Positions 1-7,746 of a stretch of DNA of 64,000 bases are shown here, piece by piece. Position 1 is the stretch's first letter; each line of letters begins with the position of its first letter. A program made the position numbers and the translations under genes. The DNA comes from an uncultured Clostridia bacterium (GTDB lineage Bacteria > Bacillota > Clostridia > Christensenellales > CAG-917): NCBI GenBank assembly GCA_944332815.1, contig CALVKQ010000002.1, forward strand, positions 1,787-65,786. The letters run 5' to 3'. The notes under the pieces were generated by a model. It did not search any database, was not told the DNA's origin, and saw nothing but the letters and a program-made list of their open reading frames with translations.

Positions 1-102
1 GCCAAAAGTGGAAGCTCGGCAATCACCTTTTCTATTGCGTCGACATCCACAAACCTCTTCTTTTTTGCCGCGTTATTCTCGTTGTCTTTCATAATAATCG
101 TC
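1..102 (-). CDS. hypothetical protein, N-terminal fragment (gene runs off the left window edge)
   Basis: Reverse-strand ATG at 100-102 with GGAGGA 8 nt upstream. Translates MKDNENNAAKKKRFVDVDAIEKVIAELPLLA and stays open to position 1. Too short to assign a family. Confidence 0.35.
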
Positions 103-117
103 CTCCGTCTCCCAAAT

Positions 118-150
118 AATAAAAAAAACAATGCCCCAAAAACGGGGCAC
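118..150 (-). terminator. rho-independent terminator downstream of the 433-aa nuclease gene
   Basis: Hairpin tgcccc-aaaaa-cggggca (132-149). On the minus strand it is followed by a T-run (the A-run at 118-130 on the plus strand). Confidence 0.7.
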
Positions 151-182
151 TGCATTGCTTCTCAAAAATTGAGCTGCTAATT

Positions 183-1484
183 TCACTTTATAAATTTTTC
201 TTTAAGCGGCTTAAAGAAACTATCAAAGAATAAGTCAACAGTTCTTTCCACGCATTTTTTTTCATTCTCAAATAACTTGTAAATCGCAGATTTCTCCTTT
301 TCGCCGTCATATCTGAAATTTAGTGTTGCGCCATCCACCATAACATGTTTCCAGTTCAGCCACCACCACTTCGGGTCCCCATGTTTGCCACCATTTTTCA
401 AATCGAATATTTTTATCAACTCTTCCTTGTTTTGAGGAGCCACGCTTATTTTGGACGATTCGCGTTCTTCTTTAATATACGGACAACACAATCCAATAAA
501 TAAATTTTCATCCACTTCTATCCTGATGGCTAAACCCAAGTCATCGCCAAGCACATTGCTGTATTTGGTTTGCAGATGCTCTTTCTTCACCAAGTAAGTA
601 AGTCCCGGGTAGTTTCGCCTCCTCCCGTAGTAATTATCTATCGCTTTGCTGTACCCGCCCCACAATTCGATTTCGTCTATTATGGTTTCGTCTTTTAGCC
701 TGTCTGCAATGCTCTTTTCGACTTTTGCGAAAAAATCCTTCATTTTATACGCTTTGACTTCATTTAAATGAGCGTTGATAAATACTGCGGATTCGTAATC
801 GTTTTTGTTTTTTATGATACTTTTCATAACTGCCACCTCCTTCTCGTATGCTGTAAACATTTTAATTGCGTTGCAAAACTGACTGACACAAAACTTGAAA
901 TTATTGTCGTCATTACCATCGATAAATTCATTCAACCACTTACCTATACCCTCCCAAGTGATAGGTATTATATCTCCACCATCTTGTCGTGAACAGCTTT
1001 TATCAGACGGCATTTCACCAAAAAGAGTTAAATAGCCGAGTTTCAACCCGTCAAAATAATATTTTGTTTTTGCATACTCCAGGTAATCTTTACATTGATT
1101 CGTCCTGTCCTGTGCATCTATTTTTGCCTCGATTGGTATAAACAATCCCCTATCCCAATTCACCAGCACTATATCGATCCTCTTTCCGTTGGGAATCATA
1201 TACTCTCTTAAAGATGTCCAGCTTTTTTCGTCTCCAATCGTTTCCTTGTCAAAATGCATAACATCCGTAAGAAACGATACGATCATCTGCGCGCCGTACT
1301 CCGGGTTATATTCCGCATTTAACAACCGTGATAAAAACTTGCACATTTTTGTCTCGTCGCGCACAATGTCTTCCATGATAAATATGTTCGGAAAAGAGAA
1401 TGTCGCATCGTACTTCAATTCAGATACTTTTCCCTCAACTTTATCCATCAGTTCCCCGATGTTTTTTCGCTCTTCTTCCTGCAT
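183..1484 (-). CDS. PD-(D/E)xK nuclease family protein (PDDEXK_4-like N-terminal domain plus ~240-aa uncharacterised C-terminal domain)
   Basis: 433-aa ORF with AAGGAG RBS before the ATG at 1484. The motif GKRIDIVLVN...FIPIEAKIDAQDRTNQCKDYLEY fits the D...(E/I)xK...Q..Y core of restriction-endonuclease-fold PDDEXK_4 proteins. It starts 16 nt after the WYL gene stop. Very AT-rich. Confidence 0.65.
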   Translation of the reverse strand: MQEEERKNIGELMDKVEGKVSELKYDATFSFPNIFIMEDIVRDETKMCKFLSRLLNAEYNPEYGAQMIVSFLTDVMHFDKETIGDEKSWTSLREYMIPNGKRIDIVLVNWDRGLFIPIEAKIDAQDRTNQCKDYLEYAKTKYYFDGLKLGYLTLFGEMPSDKSCSRQDGGDIIPITWEGIGKWLNEFIDGNDDNNFKFCVSQFCNAIKMFTAYEKEVAVMKSIIKNKNDYESAVFINAHLNEVKAYKMKDFFAKVEKSIADRLKDETIIDEIELWGGYSKAIDNYYGRRRNYPGLTYLVKKEHLQTKYSNVLGDDLGLAIRIEVDENLFIGLCCPYIKEERESSKISVAPQNKEELIKIFDLKNGGKHGDPKWWWLNWKHVMVDGATLNFRYDGEKEKSAIYKLFENEKKCVERTVDLFFDSFFKPLKEKFIK

Positions 1485-1499
1485 CTTCTACTCCTTGTA

Positions 1500-2477
1500 C
1501 TACATATATTTTTCCGCCGCGGAGGCGAGTTTTTCTCTTATGCTGTCACGAAGGTGCTGTGGCGACATTATTTCCGCATAATTGCAATACTGCATCGCCC
1601 AATATTCCATTGCTCTCGGGCTTGCCGTCAAGGTCACCTGGATTGTTTTATCATCGGTTGCTTTGACACCCACGTCCGTCCCGAACCAATCCACAATTTC
1701 GTCAAAAAACCATTCGGGGCAAGTGAGCGATATCGTTTCCGGCTTATCCGCGTACATATACGGACGCGAAAGAGCAAGTTCTTTGTAATTTATTCCGTGC
1801 TCATATCCTTTTACTTCACGAAGCGGAGTTCGAGAAGATTCCTGTATATGAATGTTGCTGATTTTATCCACCCTGTAAAAGGTCACATTCCCCCAATACT
1901 CTTCATACGCCATAAGAAAATAATGCTGATTGCGCAGTATCATCTGATAGGGGCTCACTTTGTGGGATTTGGACTTGTGAAGCTTTTTGTCGATGCCGTA
2001 TTTGTTGTAATCGAAGGTTATCTGTCTGTCGTTTTCTATTGCCTCGTCGATGAGATCGACATTGTAAAAAAACGCCGTATTCTGGGATTTGCTCCAGTCG
2101 CCCACCGAAAAAACATGCTTGACATGCGCCTTGAAATTGCGTCCGCCGAGTTTTATCAGTTTTTCGATCAACTCTTTGGAATGAGCCGCGTTTATGTGAC
2201 GGCTGCACAGCACGCTGTCGATGAGGATACGCAACTCCGAATTTTCGAAAGGTCTTTCGGCAAGATAACATCCTTTGCGCGTGTTCACAATGTCAACGCC
2301 CATTTCCATAAGACACGATACGTTCCTGCCTATCGCTTTTCTTTCCGCCTCTACCCCGTAATTTTTGTCCAGCAGGTCGATTATCTCGCTCTGGGTCAAC
2401 GGATGCTCGGCGTCAGAATATTCGTTAAGCACCTGATAAAGTCTTACAATAAGTGTTTTTTTCGCTTCCGAGGACAT
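1500..2477 (-). CDS. HTH-WYL domain transcriptional regulator (BrxR/CapW/PafBC-like architecture)
   Basis: 325 aa. N-terminal winged-HTH-like segment (LIVRLYQVLNEYSDAEHPLTQSEIIDLL). WYL-domain signature HYFLMAYEEYWGNVTFYRVDKI, plus a C-terminal WCX-like part. GAGGAG RBS. Colinear paralog at 43293-44264. Confidence 0.85.
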   Translation of the reverse strand: MSSEAKKTLIVRLYQVLNEYSDAEHPLTQSEIIDLLDKNYGVEAERKAIGRNVSCLMEMGVDIVNTRKGCYLAERPFENSELRILIDSVLCSRHINAAHSKELIEKLIKLGGRNFKAHVKHVFSVGDWSKSQNTAFFYNVDLIDEAIENDRQITFDYNKYGIDKKLHKSKSHKVSPYQMILRNQHYFLMAYEEYWGNVTFYRVDKISNIHIQESSRTPLREVKGYEHGINYKELALSRPYMYADKPETISLTCPEWFFDEIVDWFGTDVGVKATDDKTIQVTLTASPRAMEYWAMQYCNYAEIMSPQHLRDSIREKLASAAEKYM

Positions 2478-2495
2478 GTTCCCTCTCCTCGCTTA

Positions 2496-2524
2496 ATTCT
2501 ACCATCGAAATTTATACATTTCAA
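2496..2524 (-). promoter_or_regulatory. candidate sigma-A promoter of the WYL-nuclease pair
   Basis: On the minus strand: TTGAAA (2519-2524), a 17-nt spacer, then TAGAAT (2496-2501). This is ~20 nt upstream of the WYL start codon. Confidence 0.5.
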
Positions 2525-2663
2525 CTGCTTTTTTATATTGAATGTATATGTGTTGTCCTACTACCTTTGATTAATTGTAATATTGATAATGTACCATTTT
2601 CGGTGCATTGCTTCTTTGCCAAGTTTGCCGACGCCAATTTGCCTCCGTTATATAATCGTTTGA

Positions 2664-2714
2664 GAATGTCAAAATGATCGTACAGATGACATTACGGCAA
2701 TTTTTGAGAATGTC
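2664..2714. promoter_or_regulatory. three GAATGTC half-sites (direct/inverted/direct), candidate operator
   Basis: GAATGTC at 2664-2670 and 2708-2714 lies inside a 12-bp direct repeat TTTGAGAATGTC (2659-2670 and 2703-2714). The inverted copy TGACATT is at 2687-2693. All sit in the 344-bp AT-rich gap upstream of the WYL gene. Confidence 0.3.
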
Positions 2715-2821
2715 GGTTTTTGAAAAATTCTGTTTCAGGGCTGTTGACAATGCTTTTTCAAAATATACCGCAGACAAAACCAATGTCGGGCGAAGACTCC
2801 GACAATCGCAGAAAACTCATT

Positions 2822-3310
2822 TTATGACTTCCGATTTTTGCCGCTCAAGGTTTCGGGGATGACAACATTCTCATCGTTTCCTTTATACCAAGTAAGGCGG
2901 TATCCCTCTTGCAGACAGAAACCGTTTTCCTCGACTTCCGTGAGTTTCCGTTTTTCCTCTTCGCATTTATCGCAGGAATAATGCTCGTCGACTCGCACTT
3001 CGCAGCGTTTTCTCTCTATCCCCAACGCCTTTTTTATTCTGCGGACATCGGAGGGAGTGACGCATTTGTCCGCATACAGGACATATCTCCTTGCTCTCAC
3101 ATCGTAAAGCAGTCTGCCGCGAGGAAAAGTGACGAAATCGCCCCACACCCTTCTGCCTTTAATTTTTTTTCCTGCCGCAAGTTTTTCCCACATATCGAAA
3201 TGGGATTTGGAATAGTTTACGAAATCCTCACCCTCTCCGACCTCCCTGCTCTCGCGGTCGAAAACGATTTCTCCTCTGATTACCCAGAATATTCCCGTTT
3301 CAACTCTCAT
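2822..3310 (-). CDS. hypothetical protein (operon gene D)
   Basis: 162 aa. The start overlaps the stop of the MBL gene by 11 nt, and GGGGTGA lies upstream. Contains a CxxC (DEHYSCDKCEEE) but no family I recognise. The last ~25 aa (LTWYKGNDENVVIPETL) resemble the start of a BspA-type repeat and end abruptly at the AT-rich boundary. Confidence 0.55.
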   Translation of the reverse strand: MRVETGIFWVIRGEIVFDRESREVGEGEDFVNYSKSHFDMWEKLAAGKKIKGRRVWGDFVTFPRGRLLYDVRARRYVLYADKCVTPSDVRRIKKALGIERKRCEVRVDEHYSCDKCEEEKRKLTEVEENGFCLQEGYRLTWYKGNDENVVIPETLSGKNRKS

Positions 3311-5204
3311 AATTCACCCCGTGTACATAATGTATTTCGTCGGGCTTGACCCTTTCGACAAGCCTGCGTACCGCGTTCCCGTCCGCGTGACCGGAAGTGT
3401 GTATATATTCCTTCCGCACTCCGCCGTTTCGGAAAATGTCGAGAAAATTTTTCATCGCTCCTTTTTCCTCGTAGCCTTTCCACATTGAGTAAACCAGCGT
3501 TGCTTCTGTTCGCACTCGCAGAAGATTGCGGCAAATCTCCCCCATCGACGAACGCACAAGCATTACATACCCGCCCGCGATGTCGGCAAGCGCACTCGCG
3601 TCGCCGCCCTCCACGACAAAGCCCGTATGCGAACGCGGGTGCGGGATACTGCCGCCCGCGGCATTGAGTATTTCCGCCTGTCTGCCGTCGACGACGAGTT
3701 TCTTTCCGCATTTGCGACAGGCTTTGTAGACGGTGACTATGCGGTCGAAATTGGTGGCCGATGTCAACACATACACATCGCCGTCCGTCGCGGAAAATAC
3801 CTCTCGGAATTCCTTTTCCAGCTGTCTTTCCGATTTGTTCTCGCCCTTTCCCATAGCCGTACTGTCGCAAATGAGGACATCTACCTTTTCGGGCAGGCGC
3901 TCGAGCAAAGCGGGAAAACTCTTGCGCCCGTTCGCGCGGAAATCGCCGGTATAAAGCACGCTTTTCCCGTCCGCTTCGAAAAGCAGCATACGACTGTCAA
4001 GCGCGGAATGATCGCACACAAACGGAGTGACCGTCACACCGCCGAATTTTTTCGCGCCGTCCTGCCCTACCACATTGCGAAATTTTCGGCGACACAGCGA
4101 TTCCAGCACTCTTTTGGTGCGCGAACCGACATACACGATACATCTCATCGACATATCCATATCCGCAATGATCCCCGCATGGTCGGCATGATAATGCGTC
4201 ACGAAACACGCATTGTAATCCCCGCTTTTCACCACTCTTTCGCGCAGAGCCGTGCCTTCCGCCGTGGGATTGAGTTCCACCCCGCATTCCACGAGGATTC
4301 TGATTTGTCGGTAGGCAATTTCAATAAGGTTGGCGCCGATTTTGCCTTCGCCGTCGAGTATGCGATAAGTGAGTTCGCGCGGATACACCTCTCCGACGGC
4401 GTCGGGTAAATTTTGCTCGAACATTTCGCCGCCGCGTTCCCCGTAAAGTTTCCGCGCCGCGCGGCCCACCCTGTCCACGAAGTATCGCCTGTCCCAACTC
4501 GTGCCGTCCCGATTGCCGCAATTCCTCGCAAGATAGGTCATCGTCTGCCTGAACTTGTCGGGAGCAAACACAAGCAGACGCGCCATGTCCGTGGCAAGAC
4601 CGTATTCGATTCCGTTCAGATTCACTTTTTCGCACGGCATTGAAATTATGGTGTCGCACAGCGTCTCGCTCTCTTCCGCCGTAAGTTCTCTCTGCCAAAG
4701 GTCCGTGATTTTGAAATACATTTCACTCACCGCAAAAATTCCGTCCGCAGTTATCCCGAAGAGCTTTTTCACATCTTCGAAACTGAATTTCTCCGCGCCG
4801 AGACGAAACCTGCACGCCATCGCGTATTTTTGCACTTCCACCATATCTTGCCAGGGCTCGCCCACCGTCTTCATGCCCGAAATGGCATAGTGCCCTTTCA
4901 ACCCGCAATCGCGCAGCAACACCCGCAAATCCCGGCTTTGATCGAAACTCGCGCACCTCACACGGATTTCAGCGGCTTGCGTTCCGTCGGTTTCTTCGCT
5001 CCATGCGCCCTGCGCCTTAAGAAAATCGCGGAACTTGTACACTATGTCCTTCTCCGTTTGTCCTGAACGCTCCTCCCCGTCCGACGGAACGCGCTCTTCT
5101 CCCGCGTACTCCTCGAACATTCCCTTGAGATCTCCGTCCACGATGTCGATTGCTCTTATAAAGCGCAATTTCCCGTCCTCTTTACCCATTTCGAAAAATA
5201 CCAT
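3300..5204 (-). CDS. MBL-fold / beta-CASP (RNase J-like) metallo-nuclease with ~280-aa novel N-terminal domain (operon gene C)
   Basis: Motifs in order: HYHADH (HxHxDH), CDHS, YTGDF, VLICDST (beta-CASP motif A-like) and IHTSGHAD (RNase J/CPSF-type motif C). The ORF track starts at a TTG (5216). The ATG at 5204 has GGAGG 5 nt upstream, so I prefer it. Confidence 0.8.
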   Translation of the reverse strand: MVFFEMGKEDGKLRFIRAIDIVDGDLKGMFEEYAGEERVPSDGEERSGQTEKDIVYKFRDFLKAQGAWSEETDGTQAAEIRVRCASFDQSRDLRVLLRDCGLKGHYAISGMKTVGEPWQDMVEVQKYAMACRFRLGAEKFSFEDVKKLFGITADGIFAVSEMYFKITDLWQRELTAEESETLCDTIISMPCEKVNLNGIEYGLATDMARLLVFAPDKFRQTMTYLARNCGNRDGTSWDRRYFVDRVGRAARKLYGERGGEMFEQNLPDAVGEVYPRELTYRILDGEGKIGANLIEIAYRQIRILVECGVELNPTAEGTALRERVVKSGDYNACFVTHYHADHAGIIADMDMSMRCIVYVGSRTKRVLESLCRRKFRNVVGQDGAKKFGGVTVTPFVCDHSALDSRMLLFEADGKSVLYTGDFRANGRKSFPALLERLPEKVDVLICDSTAMGKGENKSERQLEKEFREVFSATDGDVYVLTSATNFDRIVTVYKACRKCGKKLVVDGRQAEILNAAGGSIPHPRSHTGFVVEGGDASALADIAGGYVMLVRSSMGEICRNLLRVRTEATLVYSMWKGYEEKGAMKNFLDIFRNGGVRKEYIHTSGHADGNAVRRLVERVKPDEIHYVHGVNYES

Positions 5205-5221
5205 TCCTGCCTCCAATTTAT

Positions 5222-5249
5222 ATATGATATTATTATTTCCATATCATAT
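5222..5249. promoter_or_regulatory. perfect 9-bp inverted repeat ATATGATAT-N10-ATATCATAT between operon genes B and C
   Basis: Read directly: 5222-5230 and 5241-5249. It lies immediately upstream of the gene C RBS in the 78-nt B-C gap. A small GC hairpin plus T-run (gcggc..gccgc, ~5265-5282) lies just after the gene B stop. Confidence 0.35.
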
Positions 5250-5282
5250 TGTCCAACCGAAAAGCGGCTTTGCGCCGCATTT

Positions 5283-5969
5283 TCAATATGTCTCTATTCT
5301 CGTTCCCAGCGCTTCGATCAGTTTCCCGAGAGCGGGTCTTTCGCCTATTTCCCGCCACTCTTGTGCGGCTCGGCTGTCCGATTTCACCCACACCGCCTTT
5401 TGCAGGCGTTTGGCGTCTTTTGCCCAAGGTATTTTGTCGGCGGCGGCAAGCGTCGCGAACAGTCTTTCGCGGTGTGGCGCAAGCAGCCTGAAATATGTCT
5501 CTATTTCCAGTACGCAACGAAGCAAAGTTTCCTTTGACCTGTTCGCGCCCTCCACATCGCTTCCCTTGACTTCCACGAGCGTCAGCGTCGCAGTGTTTTC
5601 GTCGTATGCGACAAGGTCGACATTGATTTTCAATCGCTTCAGGATGTTCACCTGATAGTTGACTATTCTCCCGAATTTGAAGATTTCCTCCGCGCGACGG
5701 TTGAAGCGCGCAAGGCAGAATTTTTCTTCGTTGCGCACGGATTTGTTCCTTTCGCTGCTGCCGTCGTGCCCGTCGAACGCAAAAGAGTCGCGCACCTCAC
5801 CCTCGGGCAAACGCAATTGCTCGCCGTCGAGAAGCAGACTTGCGATTACCTCGGTGTAATATTCCCCGGTGTCGGCTGTTTTGCCCGCATAATTGACCTC
5901 CGCGCGCTCGTAGGACGGCTTGATGCTCGAGCGAAACGCGCGCACTATTTCCCCGCAGGTATAGCCCAT
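5283..5969 (-). CDS. PD-(D/E)xK nuclease, NucS/DUF91-like core (operon gene B)
   Basis: INVDLVAYDENTATLTLVEVKGSD...ETLLRCVLEIETY matches the D-x(n)-E-x-K pattern of NucS/RecB-type endonuclease domains. The ATG at 5967-5969 overlaps the TGA of gene A (TGATG). GGGAGGGGG RBS. Confidence 0.6.
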   Translation of the reverse strand: MGYTCGEIVRAFRSSIKPSYERAEVNYAGKTADTGEYYTEVIASLLLDGEQLRLPEGEVRDSFAFDGHDGSSERNKSVRNEEKFCLARFNRRAEEIFKFGRIVNYQVNILKRLKINVDLVAYDENTATLTLVEVKGSDVEGANRSKETLLRCVLEIETYFRLLAPHRERLFATLAAADKIPWAKDAKRLQKAVWVKSDSRAAQEWREIGERPALGKLIEALGTRIETY

Positions 5970-6373
5970 CACTTCCCCCTCCCGACGAAATAACTCGCCG
6001 TCTTTATTCCGGTGATCTTATCCCCCACCCATACCGAACGCGCGCTGCCCTCACCGTATTCGTCGGCATATTCTCCGTACTGAAACAAATATCCGAAACA
6101 CGCCCCGAGCGCCAGCTTTTCCTTGCGTTCCAGTTCTCTTTCGAATATGTCACTCCTGCTCTTGACATAGACATATATGGGAGGCAACTGCAGAACATCG
6201 TTGCAGAATTTTATGTGGCTCATCAGTTCGTCGTCCTGTATGTCGCGAAGGAACGCGTCGAAATATTTGCTCTCCTCCGCAAACCACTTTGTACCGCGAT
6301 ATGTTTTGTTGAACTTCACGATGTCGAAATCCACAACCCCTTCCTCCTCCCGCTCGTCCGCCCGACGCGGCAA
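5969..6373 (-). CDS. hypothetical protein (operon gene A)
   Basis: The ORF is open from a TTG at 6373. A GTG at 6334 preceded by GGAGGAGGAAGGGG is a more plausible start (~121 aa). No recognisable domain. Confidence 0.5.
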   Translation of the reverse strand: MPRRADEREEEGVVDFDIVKFNKTYRGTKWFAEESKYFDAFLRDIQDDELMSHIKFCNDVLQLPPIYVYVKSRSDIFERELERKEKLALGACFGYLFQYGEYADEYGEGSARSVWVGDKITGIKTASYFVGRGK

Positions 6374-6491
6374 CGGAATACGATATTGAAAAATTCGCTA
6401 TCATATTCAATACAACACAATCAAACGATTTTGTCAACGGTTTTGTTGTGCCCGCCTCATTTTTCACTGCGCAACATTCCGCTTCGCTCAA

Positions 6492-6552
6492 TCCGCCGTT
6501 ACTGGAATCCGCAAAACTCGAAGCGTCTGTTTCCTCTCCGCCATTACTGAAT
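6492..6552. promoter_or_regulatory. two 16-17-bp direct repeats in the divergent control region
   Basis: TCCGCCGTTACTGGAAT (6492-6508) and TCCGCCATTACTGAAT (6537-6552), 45 bp apart. A TTGACA (minus strand, 6432-6437) with a weak -10 (TGTATT) lies downstream, facing gene A. Confidence 0.25.
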
Positions 6553-6688
6553 TTTTTAATCGGAATTTGACACTAAATCGCAGCGCAACCGTTGATTTTA
6601 TCACCGCAATATATTAAAATCTTTATGTAGCAGATCCATCCCCTCACACAATCAACGGCAACCGACTGTGCCCTCGACGCTGAAAAAA

Positions 6689-7141
6689 ATGACTAACCGG
6701 AATTCCAAAATTCAAGCGCCCTGCCAAGTTTGCGGTAAAAGTGTCCTTGTCGACCCGTACGGCAACGGCTTTTGCGAAAACTGCGGCTGGGTTCAAAACC
6801 GGGAGTATGACAAATACCCCGACGATGTCCGCTACCCGAATACCGTTTCTTTCAACAAAGCAAAACGGCTTTTCGCGGAAGGGCAACCTCTCTCTCCCTC
6901 TTTTGAAGATTTTATAAAAGGCTTAAAGTTCTACAAGGAAATGCAGTTCGATTACGACGGCAAAACTTACGGCGTGCTGATAAGAGAAAACGACTCCGTT
7001 CACTTCTATCTCTTCCACTCTCTCGAAACCTATCAGATATACCCTTCCGTCACCGCCTTCTACGAAAAAGCCCACATCAACGGCACCCCTCTCTCCTCAC
7101 TTTGGCCAGAAGTGCTCAATGCAGGATATATGATTTCATAA
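6689..7141 (+). CDS. zinc-ribbon (CxxC...CxxC) protein of unknown function
   Basis: CQVCGKSVLVDPYGNGFCENCGW is a CPCC-like zinc ribbon, followed by a ~100-aa uncharacterised domain. The ATG at 6689 is preferred over the GTG at 6668. The RBS is weak. Confidence 0.5.
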   Translation: MTNRNSKIQAPCQVCGKSVLVDPYGNGFCENCGWVQNREYDKYPDDVRYPNTVSFNKAKRLFAEGQPLSPSFEDFIKGLKFYKEMQFDYDGKTYGVLIRENDSVHFYLFHSLETYQIYPSVTAFYEKAHINGTPLSSLWPEVLNAGYMIS

Positions 7142-7153
7142 TAGTCACATAAT

Positions 7154-7660
7154 TCAAGCGAAATAATTTTTAATTGCAATATCTTGTAATGTCCCTATAA
7201 CCGCATCATAATCCGCCTCTTCAAACAACAATTTCTGCGTAATATCTCGGTAATCACTTTTATAGATTTTACGATCAATTATTTCTTGAAGTAAGCGGCT
7301 TATATCAACTCCAACTTCAGCTGCAGAGCTTTTTTGACTATTGCGGCGTACTTCCCGAGTCTGTGCAACCAATTCTCCGAATTCGTCATCGAATTTTATG
7401 TGCGGATAAATTTTGTAAATATCGTACAGATGCCTCGAGTGTTCCGTCACTCTCCCGTCCAAGTAGCAGTCGCAAACGGCAAACACTTTGTCGATGAATG
7501 TTCTCACAACAGATTGTACTCTGATTTCAAAGGGGGCAAATTCGTATTTAGCCACAATCGAGTCGAATCCGGCATTATGTAAAAATTCGTATAACAGACT
7601 GCTCACTTCACGTAGCTCTGTTGGAAAAGCTGGAATGCTGTAATATGTCTCCACTGTCAC
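7154..7660 (-). pseudogene. AbiEii/AbiGii-family nucleotidyltransferase toxin, C-terminal half only
   Basis: 168 aa with FEIRVQSVVRTFIDKVFAV and SRHLYDIYKIY, typical of the C-terminal part of DUF1814/AbiEii proteins. The N-terminal NTase region (~100+ aa) is absent, there is no RBS, and there is no adjacent AbiEi partner. Confidence 0.45.
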
Positions 7661-7746
7661 ATATTTTTATGGCCACTTTTTATCAAGTATTGCTACACCA
7701 CCAGATTCAATTTTTCGTTTCAAAAGGGTTTTGACGGGTACTGCGA

